Shown piece by piece: positions 52,580 through 62,918 of a stretch of 64,000 nt of DNA. The stretch lies in contig CAXXVK010000053.1 of NCBI GenBank assembly GCA_963676915.2, positions 32,001 through 96,000 of the forward strand. The letters run 5' to 3'. Source of the DNA: Myxococcota bacterium (GTDB lineage: Bacteria > Myxococcota_A > SURF-8 > G963663525). A program made the position numbers and the translations under genes. The notes under the pieces were generated by a model. It saw only the letters and a list, made by a program, of their open reading frames with translations. It did no database searches and had not been told where the DNA came from. How positions within the stretch are numbered: the stretch's first letter is position 1; every line of letters starts with the position of its first letter.

Positions 52580-54061
52580 CTACTTACGAATAATTTTCGC
52601 TTTGGGCGTTCGGTTGCCGATCACGCGGGCAGCGGCCCAGGCCGCGGCGAATTCGCCTTCCAGTCCAAGATCCGGCAAATTGTCCGGTCCGACGATGTAG
52701 CCGTGGTCCCAGGGGAGACAGATCGTTGCGCCGTCGGGACCGTAGCGATGACGAAACGCCGCCCGGTAGATGACTTTCCGCCCGGTCAGTGCTCCCAAGC
52801 CTTCGGTGGGGTCGTCCTCGCCAGGATCGATCCATTCACTGGGAAGGTGGTCATCCTCGACCTGTTTGACGTGACCGTTGGCGAAGGGAAACAGAAATTC
52901 GAATTGTTTTCGCATACTTGCAAGAGCAGCGTCGAGACCTTCTTTGTTAAATTCCTTGACGGAAAGCGGCCGCAGCAACTCGATGCGCTCCTGATCGCTG
53001 TTGCGGTACAAGCGAGGATCGCGCAGAAACACGAAAGGAACGTCATAGGCTTCGTCGCGACGGACAACCCGCAGGTCCATACCCTCGGGAATCCCCGCCT
53101 TGTCGATCATGTAACGTTGACGAATCCAGACCGCTTCCGGCTCTACAACCTTACGTCGTTTTCGGTAAAAACGGGCGAGTTTCGCTTTGTCGTCGAGCAA
53201 TGGCAGTAGAAAAGGATCGGATGCGAAAATGAAATTCTGTCCCGAATAGAGTTTGTTTTCTCCTTCGAGAACGAACAGGTTGCGTTTGCGCGTAAACCGT
53301 TGAATCGTGAAATCTTCCAGGAAATTGCACCCCTTGCTTTTCAGGCGCGCTTCGACGATTTCGCCGAAATCCTCTTTGTCGTTCGGGTAGAACACGCGAG
53401 CCAGACTGTTGGCCAACTTCCTGTACATACAAGGGTTTTCGGGGTCGGTTTCCGAAAGCTCCAACTCTCCGCGAGAAAGACCGATCAGTGTGCCGAAACC
53501 GCCGTGCTCTTTCAGACGGTCCAGTTCCGAAAATCGTTCCTGCTGTTCCAAAAGCTCCCTTTTCAGTTCTTTGCGATATTTGGAATGGCGGCGATGTTCG
53601 AGAAATCCCACGGGAAAAATCGGGTTTTCGGCGGCAAGAAAGCGGTCGAAAGGCTGAGATGCCTCGGTCAGCGAATCCAGCAGCCGGGAGGTTTCTTCAC
53701 GGTTATGATCCTGCCGGAACGAACGGTCCAACTCATCGAGGAACTTGTCCTGATCTCCCATCAGGGCCGTGCGGCGACCGCCTTCGACGATCTGACAGGT
53801 CACAGGGAGATAATTCAGCGACGAGCGCAGTTGGTGACCGATTTTCATCTCCCGTACGATAGACGTCGGTAACGGGAGGTCGAGGATGTCGGGAAACACG
53901 GGATACGATGTCTGCGCCGGCCATCGCAAGCGGGGCGCACCGGAGCGTTGCCAGCGCTTGATGACCAGCACCGAGTAATGGCGAGCGCTCAAGATGCCCG
54001 CCAGTAGTTTCCCCGCGAGATTGGACCCCAGGATGATTGCGTCGTAATACTTCGTGGCCAT
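52580..54061 (-). CDS. Divergent FAD/NAD(P)-binding, phytoene-dehydrogenase-like protein
   Basis: YDAIILGSNLAG (degenerate Rossmann) at the N-terminus; GPDNLPDLGLEGEF at the C-terminus. Confidence 0.6.
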   Translation of the reverse strand: MATKYYDAIILGSNLAGKLLAGILSARHYSVLVIKRWQRSGAPRLRWPAQTSYPVFPDILDLPLPTSIVREMKIGHQLRSSLNYLPVTCQIVEGGRRTALMGDQDKFLDELDRSFRQDHNREETSRLLDSLTEASQPFDRFLAAENPIFPVGFLEHRRHSKYRKELKRELLEQQERFSELDRLKEHGGFGTLIGLSRGELELSETDPENPCMYRKLANSLARVFYPNDKEDFGEIVEARLKSKGCNFLEDFTIQRFTRKRNLFVLEGENKLYSGQNFIFASDPFLLPLLDDKAKLARFYRKRRKVVEPEAVWIRQRYMIDKAGIPEGMDLRVVRRDEAYDVPFVFLRDPRLYRNSDQERIELLRPLSVKEFNKEGLDAALASMRKQFEFLFPFANGHVKQVEDDHLPSEWIDPGEDDPTEGLGALTGRKVIYRAAFRHRYGPDGATICLPWDHGYIVGPDNLPDLGLEGEFAAAWAAARVIGNRTPKAKIIRK

Positions 54062-54110
54062 CGGACTTGCTGTGTCCCTCCTGTCTTCGGAAGGTTCGAT
54101 TATGACCTAG

Positions 54111-55055
54111 TTACCGGAGTTTGTCCAAAATCTCCTCAGCCAGACGATACGGATCGATTTCCCGATGAAGAAGTTTTCGGTCCCAACCATCGTATTCCGG
54201 CTGGTCGAGAATCTCTCCGATACGTGTATCCAGCCTGTCGCGCAAAAGGCCGAAAAACTGCAACCGTTCCCGCTTCAATCGTCGATCTTCGTCCAAACCG
54301 GTATGTTTCAGCCAATCGCAATGTTCTTGGACCGCCCGAGCCAGATCCTCGATACCCTCGTTGCGAAATGCAACGGTTTTCACGATACGCGGTTCCCAGA
54401 TCTTTTTATCGGATTGGGGCGAATCGATCATGTGCAGCATCTGGTGAATGTCGGCCATCAGGCGCTCGGCACCTTCCCGGTCGGCCTTATTGACCGCGAA
54501 AACGTCTGCGATTTCCATGATACCGGCTTTGATCGCCTGAATCTCGTCGCCGAGGCCGGGGACCGTCACCACGATGGAAGTCTGTGCAAACCCGGCGATT
54601 TCGACTTCCGCCTGTCCCACTCCGACGGTTTCCACGAGGATCGGATCGCAGCCCAGCGCCTCCATGATCAACAGCACTTCTCCGGCGGATTTCGACAGTC
54701 CGCCCAGATGTCCTCGTGTGGCCATGGAACGAATGAAAACTTTTTCATCGTTGAAATGGCGATTCATGCGCACGCGGTCGCCCAGAATCGCTCCACCGGT
54801 AAACGGGCTGGTGGGATCGACGGCAATAACGCCCACGTAGCACCCTTCGTTGCGGTAATGCGTAATCAAACGATCGACGAGCGTCGATTTCCCAGAGCCG
54901 GGATTGCCGGTGATTCCGATGATTTGCGAGCGTCCCGTATGGGGAAACAGTGTCTGCAATACGTCGGGAACGCCCGGATGCAGATCGTCGGCGAGTCGCA
55001 TCAATCGGGCCGCGCTTCGCTGATCTCCCGCCAGCACGTTGTCGGCAAGTGCCAT
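54111..55055 (-). CDS. meaB: Methylmalonyl-CoA mutase-associated GTPase MeaB/ArgK
   Basis: GITGNPGSGKST, AVDPTSPFTGGAILGDRVRM, IRSMATRG.LGGL, ETVGVGQ.E, NKAD. Confidence 0.95.
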   Translation of the reverse strand: MALADNVLAGDQRSAARLMRLADDLHPGVPDVLQTLFPHTGRSQIIGITGNPGSGKSTLVDRLITHYRNEGCYVGVIAVDPTSPFTGGAILGDRVRMNRHFNDEKVFIRSMATRGHLGGLSKSAGEVLLIMEALGCDPILVETVGVGQAEVEIAGFAQTSIVVTVPGLGDEIQAIKAGIMEIADVFAVNKADREGAERLMADIHQMLHMIDSPQSDKKIWEPRIVKTVAFRNEGIEDLARAVQEHCDWLKHTGLDEDRRLKRERLQFFGLLRDRLDTRIGEILDQPEYDGWDRKLLHREIDPYRLAEEILDKLR

Positions 55056-55234
55056 GTTGGTCCTTTTTCTCGATGCCGTTCGGTCGGGGCGTTCGGCGAA
55101 GATACGACCGCCTCGACACGGTTTTTTCCAAAATATCCTGATTCGTTCCGCATTTGCCTGTTGCAAAGCGGAACCCGGTTAGATATCAATAATCGACTGC
55201 TTCGATTTTAGCAACCTTGTCGAAAGCACTTTTC

Positions 55235-55729
55235 ATGGTTTTGAAACTGTTTTTGCTGTTTACGATCGTTCCTTTCGTCGAACTCTACCTGCTGATCAAG
55301 ATCGGCACGGAAATCGGGCTATTGGAAACGCTTGGCTTGATCCTGTTGACCGGTGCGTTGGGAAGCTGGCTGGCCTGGCACGAGGGGTTGCGAACGATGA
55401 TCCGTTTCCAGGAACGAATGCAGCAGGGAGAATTACCCACGGACCAGATGATCGACGGTCTGTTGTTGCTGGTGGCCGGGGCGGTGCTGCTCACGCCGGG
55501 ATTCCTGACCGACGCCATGGGATTTTCGTTGTTGCTGCCTCCTCTCAGGGCACTCATTCGGGGATTTCTGAAAAACTACCTCGAAAAACACATGGAACTC
55601 CACACCCTGGACCCCGGTTCCATGGGGCCGGGAGGCCCGATGGACGGCTTTCCTCCGGACCCTCGCGACAATTCCAGTAGACCGCCTGATGTGGTATTGG
55701 AAAAGGATTCGTACAAAGTGGACAAGTAA
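55235..55729 (+). CDS. fxsA: FxsA family membrane protein
   Basis: PFVELYLLIKIG..IG, G.LLLVAG.VLLTPGFLTD..G..LL.P. Confidence 0.92.
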   Translation: MVLKLFLLFTIVPFVELYLLIKIGTEIGLLETLGLILLTGALGSWLAWHEGLRTMIRFQERMQQGELPTDQMIDGLLLLVAGAVLLTPGFLTDAMGFSLLLPPLRALIRGFLKNYLEKHMELHTLDPGSMGPGGPMDGFPPDPRDNSSRPPDVVLEKDSYKVDK

Positions 55730-55934
55730 ACGTTTCAACTTGTTGGAATCGCTAGCCTATCCTCGTATCTCCCTTTGCAAATACCTTGCTTTGCGTTTGC
55801 GGATTTCTGTCCGTTTTTTCCTCCCGGTTTTTCTTGTCAACCCGTTGCGTTTTGGCTAACGTTCTTGACGGTTTTTAGAGCGGTTTTTATCTGATTTTGG
55901 CGACAAAAAACCGTGGAAAGAAGGGTGATCTTAC

Positions 55935-55950
55935 TGGCGAAGCGCTTGCT
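55935..55950 (+). promoter_or_regulatory. Sigma54 (-24/-12) promoter upstream of the ornithine aminotransferase gene
   Basis: TGGCGA-AGCGC-TTGCT matches TGGCAC-N5-TTGCW spacing; about 125 nt upstream of the ATG. Confidence 0.65.
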
Positions 55951-56074
55951 TGTACGTGGTTCAAATTATGCCCATGGACAACCTGCAATTTGCCCAGGAT
56001 TCCCCACTGCGAAAGGATCGCTAAAACCAGGTAAAGACGAAAAGTGAAGTTTTTGTTTTTTAAGGAGTTTTACC

Positions 56075-57280
56075 ATGGATTCGCGGACAACACAGTTGAT
56101 TGAAAAAGAAGACCGCTTTGGCGTGAACAATTACGGACCGCATCCGGGACTCGTGATGAGCCGGGGCGAAGGAGTGTTTCTGATCGATACCGAAGGCAAG
56201 CGGTATTTCGACTGGGTATCGGCGTATTCCGCCCAACCTTTCGGTCATTGCCCTCAAGATATGCTGGAGGTCAAATGGGAGCAGGAAAAGAAGCTCTGGT
56301 GCCCGGCACGCTACGTTCGTAACGATCAAGCTGCCCCGTTTTTGGAGAAAATCTGTACCTACAGTGGAATGGACATGTTCATGCCCGGCAACACGGGTGT
56401 GGAAGCCGTCATCGGCGGTGTAAAAGCCTGTCGACGCTGGGGATATCGGGTCAAGGGCATCGAAACCGACAAGGCCGAAATCATCGTCGCTCGCGGCAAT
56501 TTCCATGGTCGGGACTTTTTCGCCATTTCGGCATCCGACCATGAAAGCTACAAAGACGGCTTCGGTCCCCACCTGCCGGGTATTGTTCAAGTTCCGTACA
56601 ACGATCCGAAAGCCGTTGAAGACGCCATAACGCCCAACACCTGCGCCGTGCTGGTCGAGCCGTTCCAGGGCGAGGGCGGGATGATCTTCCCCGACGCCGA
56701 GTACATTCCGACCCTGCGCACGTTATGCGATCGTGAAAACATCTTGCTGTTCCTGGACGAAGTGCAGACCGGTTTCTGTCGTACGGGCAAGGCTTTCGGA
56801 CATTTCCATTCCGACATCAAGCCGGATGTGATGTCCATCGGCAAAGCCCTGGGCGGCGGCATTCAGATTTCCAGTGGTACGTTGATGAAACGTGAGGTCG
56901 GAGAACTGTTCGATCCGGGTAGTCACGGCTCTACCTTCGCCGGAAACCCGGTGTCGTATGCGGTGGGAATCGCAGTGATGGAACGCATGGAACGCGACCG
57001 GCTGGACGAAGTCAGCGAAACGATGGGGAATTTCGTTCTCGAAGCGTTGAAAAAGCGCGTGGATAATCCCCACGTTGTGGATATCCGTATGAAAGGGCTG
57101 TTCGGTGGAATCGATCTCGACATCCCGGCCACGCCGGTGATTCACGAGATTCTCAAGGAAGGTATTTCCTGCAATGCGGCTCATGATCGCACGATCCGGC
57201 TGTCGCCGCCATTGATTATCACCGAGGAACAGATCGAGGAAAGCGCCGAAGCCTTCGCCAAAGTGCTTAACCGACTCTAA
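56075..57280 (+). CDS. rocD: Ornithine--oxo-acid aminotransferase (class III PLP)
   Basis: SAYSA..FGHC.P, RRWGY.VKGI, NFHGR, EPFQGEGG, DEVQTG..RTG, GKALGGG, GSHGSTFAGNP. Confidence 0.85.
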   Translation: MDSRTTQLIEKEDRFGVNNYGPHPGLVMSRGEGVFLIDTEGKRYFDWVSAYSAQPFGHCPQDMLEVKWEQEKKLWCPARYVRNDQAAPFLEKICTYSGMDMFMPGNTGVEAVIGGVKACRRWGYRVKGIETDKAEIIVARGNFHGRDFFAISASDHESYKDGFGPHLPGIVQVPYNDPKAVEDAITPNTCAVLVEPFQGEGGMIFPDAEYIPTLRTLCDRENILLFLDEVQTGFCRTGKAFGHFHSDIKPDVMSIGKALGGGIQISSGTLMKREVGELFDPGSHGSTFAGNPVSYAVGIAVMERMERDRLDEVSETMGNFVLEALKKRVDNPHVVDIRMKGLFGGIDLDIPATPVIHEILKEGISCNAAHDRTIRLSPPLIITEEQIEESAEAFAKVLNRL

Positions 57281-57418
57281 AACGAACCCTATGGAAACGG
57301 CATCCGATTCGTGCTATAAAAACGGAAACGTTTGAATTGCCTTTTGCATGACAGTATCGGCTAGGGTCCGTCGGAAATTTTCGACGGACCCACCAAGCCG
57401 ATTTCCGGAAGGTTCTCC

Positions 57419-58156
57419 ATGATCGCTTGCTTTTCCAAAAACGTTTCATGTTGCGTATCACGATGGCTGCTTCTTGGCTTCGGGATGCTGTTGGCAGGTT
57501 TGCTCGTGTCGGGGTGTTCTTCTTCCGGGGGAACGTCCGATTCGCGCCTACCCTCCGATCCGGTCAACAAGCGCATGGAACTGACGCTCGAAGCCTACCG
57601 GTCCTACCAGGGAACCGATCCCCTCGGGCAGGTGGTCGTCCCACCCGGTCTCGATGCCAAAGCGGCATCTTCCAGCTCCCATCCTGCGAAAAACATGATC
57701 GACAACCAACCTCAAACCTACTGGGAGTCGGATGACGATCTCGACGGCTTGTCATTCACCCTGTATTTCGGCGCGGTCGATATGGATGAAGACATGTTCG
57801 GTTTCGTCGTGGATACGAGTTGTCTCGAAAAAGGGGACTATCGCGCTATCCAACTGGTCGATTTGTCCGTATACGAGGAACGCCTTCCGGAATTCGTGGA
57901 AAAACGTTCTCCCGAAGACAATATTCACATTCCCGGAGAAGACGTTTTCGTCCGTAATGACGAGAGGATACGTCTGGCTCTGGAAAACAAAGCCGCACGG
58001 CAGGTATTTTTTCTCAAGCGAGAAAGCATCAACCCGGACGAACGCAACCGGCTGGTTGTCAACGCCCGAATCACCGGCTGGTATCCCGGCAACGACGACG
58101 AAACCTGTCTGTCAGAATTCCATCCCTTTTTACAAAATCGGGGTGGTACGGACTGA
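57419..58156 (+). CDS. Hypothetical lipoprotein (discoidin/galactose-binding-like fold possible)
   Basis: VSGC lipobox; ASSS..PAKNMID....TYW...YPG....TCLSE pattern. Confidence 0.65.
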   Translation: MIACFSKNVSCCVSRWLLLGFGMLLAGLLVSGCSSSGGTSDSRLPSDPVNKRMELTLEAYRSYQGTDPLGQVVVPPGLDAKAASSSSHPAKNMIDNQPQTYWESDDDLDGLSFTLYFGAVDMDEDMFGFVVDTSCLEKGDYRAIQLVDLSVYEERLPEFVEKRSPEDNIHIPGEDVFVRNDERIRLALENKAARQVFFLKRESINPDERNRLVVNARITGWYPGNDDETCLSEFHPFLQNRGGTD

Positions 58157-58182
58157 AATCACTATCCTGAAATTGGACTTTT

Positions 58183-58836
58183 TCATGGTTTGAAGCGCAC
58201 GGGGCAACCCACGGCTTCCGTTTCCTTGAAGGGTATTTTATCGCCGTTGATCAGGGCTTCGAGCACCCTGCGGACGTACTCGACCGGCTGTTTCTTGTTG
58301 CCTTCGGGATTGTCGTCGATGGCTCCCCGATAGCGCAAAACACCCCGCGCATCGATGACGAAAATCGTCGGTGTCTTTTTTACCTGGTAGCGTTTGGCGA
58401 TTTTCCCGCTGGTATCGAGCAACGTTCGAACCACCATAGCCTGGCGCAGGCACCACGTTTCCGACATTTTGGGCGTGTTGAAATAATTCGAATTGACGGC
58501 AAACCATTTTACCGGCGCATTGCTGACCGTATGCATGGCGGTCTGATCGATGCCGTTTTGCCGAGCATAGTAATCCTCTACCGTGGGGCAATCGGGGTCG
58601 GTCCATTCCAGCACGACGACGCTTCCACGATAGTCGGTTAGCGTATGGGAGTTGCCTTTTTCGTCCTTCAGGGTGAAATCCGGGGCGGGAAGTCCCACCT
58701 TCGCCCGTTTGAGCGGACGCTTTCCCGAAGAAAAAGCGATAGAGGAACAGAAGCCCAGACATGCCAGCAAAACGAAACATCCGGCAAACGTTCGAAAAAT
58801 TCGGGGTTTTGTCGATAGATGCATTATTCGATGCAT
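58183..58836 (-). CDS. Redoxin/AhpC-TSA family protein
   Basis: APDFTLKD, VVLEWT.P.CP.V, TPTIFVID..G.LRYRGAIDD, GCPV. Confidence 0.9.
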   Translation of the reverse strand: MHRIMHLSTKPRIFRTFAGCFVLLACLGFCSSIAFSSGKRPLKRAKVGLPAPDFTLKDEKGNSHTLTDYRGSVVVLEWTDPDCPTVEDYYARQNGIDQTAMHTVSNAPVKWFAVNSNYFNTPKMSETWCLRQAMVVRTLLDTSGKIAKRYQVKKTPTIFVIDARGVLRYRGAIDDNPEGNKKQPVEYVRRVLEALINGDKIPFKETEAVGCPVRFKP

Positions 58837-59037
58837 TTTGAAGCCTTGATCATATAGGGTTGCACTTAAACCAAAACTTTGCTATGAGAGAGAACGCTTT
58901 TTCGCAATCCGAGATGATTCTCCATAGACGTAACGTCTAGAAGTAAAATCCTACTTTATACAATAACTTCTCGACTCGGCGATGAAAAGACGGATTGCAG
59001 CATTTTTTCTTGCACCGAGGATCGACCGGAGGGCATT

Positions 59038-60339
59038 TTGACCACGTTGTCCACGTTTGGCATCGATGCCATTTCAACATATGTGCCCAAATTCACGTTG
59101 AATTTGGACAAACTCGCCAAAAGACGGAACGTCAACCCGGAAAAATACCGGATCGGTCTCGGTTTGAACCGCATGTCCGTTGCCGGTCCCCAGGAAGATT
59201 CCCTGACCCTGGCCGTGGAAGCGGCCCAGTCTTTGTTCAAACGATACGATATCGATAAAGAATCGGTCGGAATGCTGATCGTCGGCACCGAAACCCCGAT
59301 CGATGCCGCCAAACCGGTGGCCTCTTACGTTCACCGAATGATCGAACTGAGTCCCTGGTGCCGCACCTTCGATACCAAGCACGCCTGTTACGGAGGTACT
59401 GCCGCCCTTCGTCTAGCCGCCAACTGGTGCGCAACACCTGCGGGACGAGGACGAAAAGCGCTGGTCATCATGACCGACATCGCTCGGTACGATACCGAAT
59501 CGCCGGGCGAGCCGACCCAGGGAGCGGGCGCGGTGGCGATGATTGTCTCCGAGAACCCTTCGATCCTCGCGCTCGACGATGTGCCCGAAGCCGTTTATAC
59601 TTATGAAAACATGGACTTCTGGCGGCCACTGTATCGCAGCAAAGCCATCGTCGAGGGGCAGCAGTCCATCAGCAGCTACCTGCACGGTCTGGACCAGACC
59701 TACATGCAATACAAAGAAGGCAGCGGCTACGATTGGGACGATTACAGCTACCTGCTGTTCCACGTTCCGTTTCCCAAAATGGCCTACAAAGGCTTCAAAC
59801 GCCTGTTTCAGAAAGAAGTGATGCGGGTCAACGGGCACGGAACCGAAGAATTGAACGAGGAATTCGAACGGAAAGTGGAACCGGGGCTTTGGGCCAATAC
59901 CGAAATCGGCAACATTTACACAGGTTCTCTTTATCTTTCTCTCGCCGCACTTCTGGTTCGGGCACAAAAAGACGCTGCCGGACAGCGCATCGGCCTGTAT
60001 TCCTACGGTAGCGGAAGCTGCGCCGAATTCTTCAGCGGTGTTGTGCAAAACGATCCTTCCGCCTGGATCGGTCGCGTGGGTTTGAACGAAGGTCTTGCCC
60101 GTCGCGTCAGTCTGTCGTACGAGGAATATCTGCGTTTCCGTAAGGAAAACGAGCTGTTATCCCAAATCGACAGCTATTCTCCCGACGTAGTGACTGCCTG
60201 GAACCGGCACCAGTCGGTGGCGTTCTGTGGCATCCGCAACCACGAACGGATCTACGGTCTTCGAGAAGGCATCAGCGCCCGCAAATCCCTGTACGAAGAA
60301 AAAGATCCCTACGAAAGCCCGATTTACGTTGTGAAATAG
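59038..60339 (+). CDS. mvaS: Hydroxymethylglutaryl-CoA synthase
   Basis: GID.IS.YVP, VGTET.ID, KHACYGGTAAL, DIARY...GEPTQGAGAVAM, FHVPF.KM, GNIYTGSLYL, SYGSG. Confidence 0.92.
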   Translation: MTTLSTFGIDAISTYVPKFTLNLDKLAKRRNVNPEKYRIGLGLNRMSVAGPQEDSLTLAVEAAQSLFKRYDIDKESVGMLIVGTETPIDAAKPVASYVHRMIELSPWCRTFDTKHACYGGTAALRLAANWCATPAGRGRKALVIMTDIARYDTESPGEPTQGAGAVAMIVSENPSILALDDVPEAVYTYENMDFWRPLYRSKAIVEGQQSISSYLHGLDQTYMQYKEGSGYDWDDYSYLLFHVPFPKMAYKGFKRLFQKEVMRVNGHGTEELNEEFERKVEPGLWANTEIGNIYTGSLYLSLAALLVRAQKDAAGQRIGLYSYGSGSCAEFFSGVVQNDPSAWIGRVGLNEGLARRVSLSYEEYLRFRKENELLSQIDSYSPDVVTAWNRHQSVAFCGIRNHERIYGLREGISARKSLYEEKDPYESPIYVVK

Positions 60340-60344
60340 GCGGG

Positions 60345-62918
60345 TTATCTCAATTGCGGATGCATCTGACGTAACGCTTCGAGCAACCAGCGTTCGTCCG
60401 GTCTCAACTCCAGAATGGAGGGATAGCGGAAATCCCGATGTCCCGAATCTTCTTTGGACGACCCGAAAACCAATCGCCCCACTCGTGACACTTCGTTTTT
60501 AATCGTAACGACGTTCGAAGGCAGTGAGCTATGGCAGGATTCGCCATACACTTGTCGGATTTTTCGCCAGTAGGCATCGTCGCTGAGCACGACGAAGATA
60601 CGACGCATGGATTTGAGAGGCGTTTGTAGGGTCACGGCAATCCGCTTGCCTTGGCAATCGTTCCGCATTTTCTGGTATAAGTCCCCGGAAACATACAACA
60701 ATGAATGATCCAACGGCTCTACGTAGGATACGGGACTTCCATCCCAATCTTTGTATGGTCTTTCGGTATACCGACCCACGCGCCAGGCCGTGCATTCGTC
60801 GTCATTTTTATTGGCAGGAATGGAATATTCGACGAAATGCCGGTCGATCCAACTGTTGATGGAACGCAGCAACGCAACGTGCTCGTCGTCGAGATCCAGA
60901 AGATAATAAGATGGAGCAAGTGTCTCGGGAAGATCCTCGCGCCGGAGCTTGACGATGAGAAGGCTTTTTCTCGCAGGACTCGATTCTCGGGCTTCGACCA
61001 ACAATTTCATGGGAAGAAACAAGGGAACCGTTTTTAAAAACGCTGCGAGATCATGGGTTTGCACGCTGCGTCGGATATCTGGGTAGGTGTAGCCGCGAGC
61101 CATCAACTCTTGGGTTACGATGTCCACATCCGTCATGGTCCAGGTGGAGATAGCACGATCCGATCCCGGTCGTTTTCCGGTTTCGCACTGGTCGAGGTAC
61201 GAATAGGTCCAAAGCAGAATATTCAAGAAGACGAGAAAGCCGAGAATCGGCCGAGCCTGAGCGGTGCCGATCCACTGCGTCAGTTTTTCCAACAAGCGTA
61301 CGGCAATGACCGGTAAAAGCATGGCGGCGAAGGGAAAAACGATTTGAAAATAATGGTTCCACCAATAGGCGGACCCACGGCCGGTGAAGTCGAGGAAAAA
61401 ATCCCATCCGTCACCGCTTTTAATAGCCGAAGCGATCCAGATCACAAAGAACACAAACGCTCCGCTAGCTAAAAAACCGCTTTGAATGGCCCAGCGATCC
61501 CGTTGAAAATGGTAGGTACGCCTCAATCCGGCAGCGAACGGCACCCAGACCAGAAGCCCGAAAAGCGACAGTCCGAACAACAAAGGAAAAGCGCTGTTTA
61601 AAAACACGAGATTCTGCACGTTAATGTAATACCCCTCATGACTATAGAAGGACACCAACAGTGCAAGGACACACAAAGAGATATAAATCGAGCGAAACGG
61701 TCGTCTCGCATAAACGGCGAGATACGTACAGAAAACGATGATGAGGAAAAAATTGATGATGTGGCCTTCTCCTGCACAAAAAAGCGTGAGCAACGCCAAC
61801 CAGCGGTAGCGGGGCGCTCTGCGATGGACGTACAAAGCAAGAGAAGCCATGAAGATCAGGATGAAAAACGAGTTGAGAGAGTCGTTGTAAAGGTTGGGAA
61901 ACAGCGACCACCCAAGCACCAGGTACAAGGAAAAAAGCGCCGAAGCCAAAGCAAAGCGGCGCCCGATCATCCGTATGGTGAACAGATAAACGAGCGCGGT
62001 TTGTACGCCTAAAAATCCGATCACTATACAATGAAGCTGTCGAATCGAAACGCCGAGCCATTGGTATGTTGTGAGAAAATGAATCGGCAAGGCTCCCATC
62101 AACCACCGTCGGCGCAAGCCGTCTTCGATTTTCAAGTCATTGAAATCATTGCCGGAGAAATGGCAGCGGATTCCTTCAAGGCAATCTCTGGCCCACATGA
62201 AATGCTGGACGACGTCGTCGAGAATCGGCACGCCATGCACTTTGTAGGAAAGTACCACCATGGTTCCCAACGCCAGAGTCACGGCAATGCACCAATGACG
62301 ACGGAAAACGGCAAACGATTCGGGTACTTCGTTATGCCGTCCCAACAGCACGGTCAGGATTTTTCTCATCGTGCTGCGTTTTTGCAAATGACGAAACGCC
62401 GGAGGAACGGGAATCGGACCGGTGTACAAACACCGAAAAACGGTGGAGAACGGTTTAGGCAGCGGAAGAGCGAGCAACCATTTGTGCAGGATATAAACCA
62501 ACAGCACCAACAACGCCAGACAGGCGTTGTAAAAGAGCATGCTTTTCAAGGAAATCGATCGGAAAAGGTGTTGAATCAGGGAGGTTTTCGCCGTAGCGGG
62601 AGCGAGGGTATCCGTGGTCGGTTTGTGTGTTGAGGAGGAGTTTTTTTCAGGGGGCGCTGCCCTGGCCTGATGGACCGAAACGTCTGGAATTTCCCTCTCT
62701 GTCGGAGAAGTGGAAGATGCGGCGACCGAAGATAAAAGGGAATTTTCCGACAGAGTCCAACACAGGGAAAACGTCAGGAAAACGAAGGCTGCAAATCCCC
62801 ATCGCCAATGACTGGAAATTCCTCGAAACATAATGTCGTCGTTCTGCCCCCCGCTGGGTACGAATAACTCCAAACGCTCGACAACGGCAATCGGTTCGGT
62901 ACGTTTCAGCGGATACAA
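60345..62918 (-). CDS. Large polytopic membrane protein (GT-C/ArnT-like topology possible); start uncertain
   Basis: About 12-14 hydrophobic segments, a DD pair in the early loop (ILDDVVQH), soluble C-terminal domain. Confidence 0.6.
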   Translation of the reverse strand: MYPLKRTEPIAVVERLELFVPSGGQNDDIMFRGISSHWRWGFAAFVFLTFSLCWTLSENSLLSSVAASSTSPTEREIPDVSVHQARAAPPEKNSSSTHKPTTDTLAPATAKTSLIQHLFRSISLKSMLFYNACLALLVLLVYILHKWLLALPLPKPFSTVFRCLYTGPIPVPPAFRHLQKRSTMRKILTVLLGRHNEVPESFAVFRRHWCIAVTLALGTMVVLSYKVHGVPILDDVVQHFMWARDCLEGIRCHFSGNDFNDLKIEDGLRRRWLMGALPIHFLTTYQWLGVSIRQLHCIVIGFLGVQTALVYLFTIRMIGRRFALASALFSLYLVLGWSLFPNLYNDSLNSFFILIFMASLALYVHRRAPRYRWLALLTLFCAGEGHIINFFLIIVFCTYLAVYARRPFRSIYISLCVLALLVSFYSHEGYYINVQNLVFLNSAFPLLFGLSLFGLLVWVPFAAGLRRTYHFQRDRWAIQSGFLASGAFVFFVIWIASAIKSGDGWDFFLDFTGRGSAYWWNHYFQIVFPFAAMLLPVIAVRLLEKLTQWIGTAQARPILGFLVFLNILLWTYSYLDQCETGKRPGSDRAISTWTMTDVDIVTQELMARGYTYPDIRRSVQTHDLAAFLKTVPLFLPMKLLVEARESSPARKSLLIVKLRREDLPETLAPSYYLLDLDDEHVALLRSINSWIDRHFVEYSIPANKNDDECTAWRVGRYTERPYKDWDGSPVSYVEPLDHSLLYVSGDLYQKMRNDCQGKRIAVTLQTPLKSMRRIFVVLSDDAYWRKIRQVYGESCHSSLPSNVVTIKNEVSRVGRLVFGSSKEDSGHRDFRYPSILELRPDERWLLEALRQMHPQLR

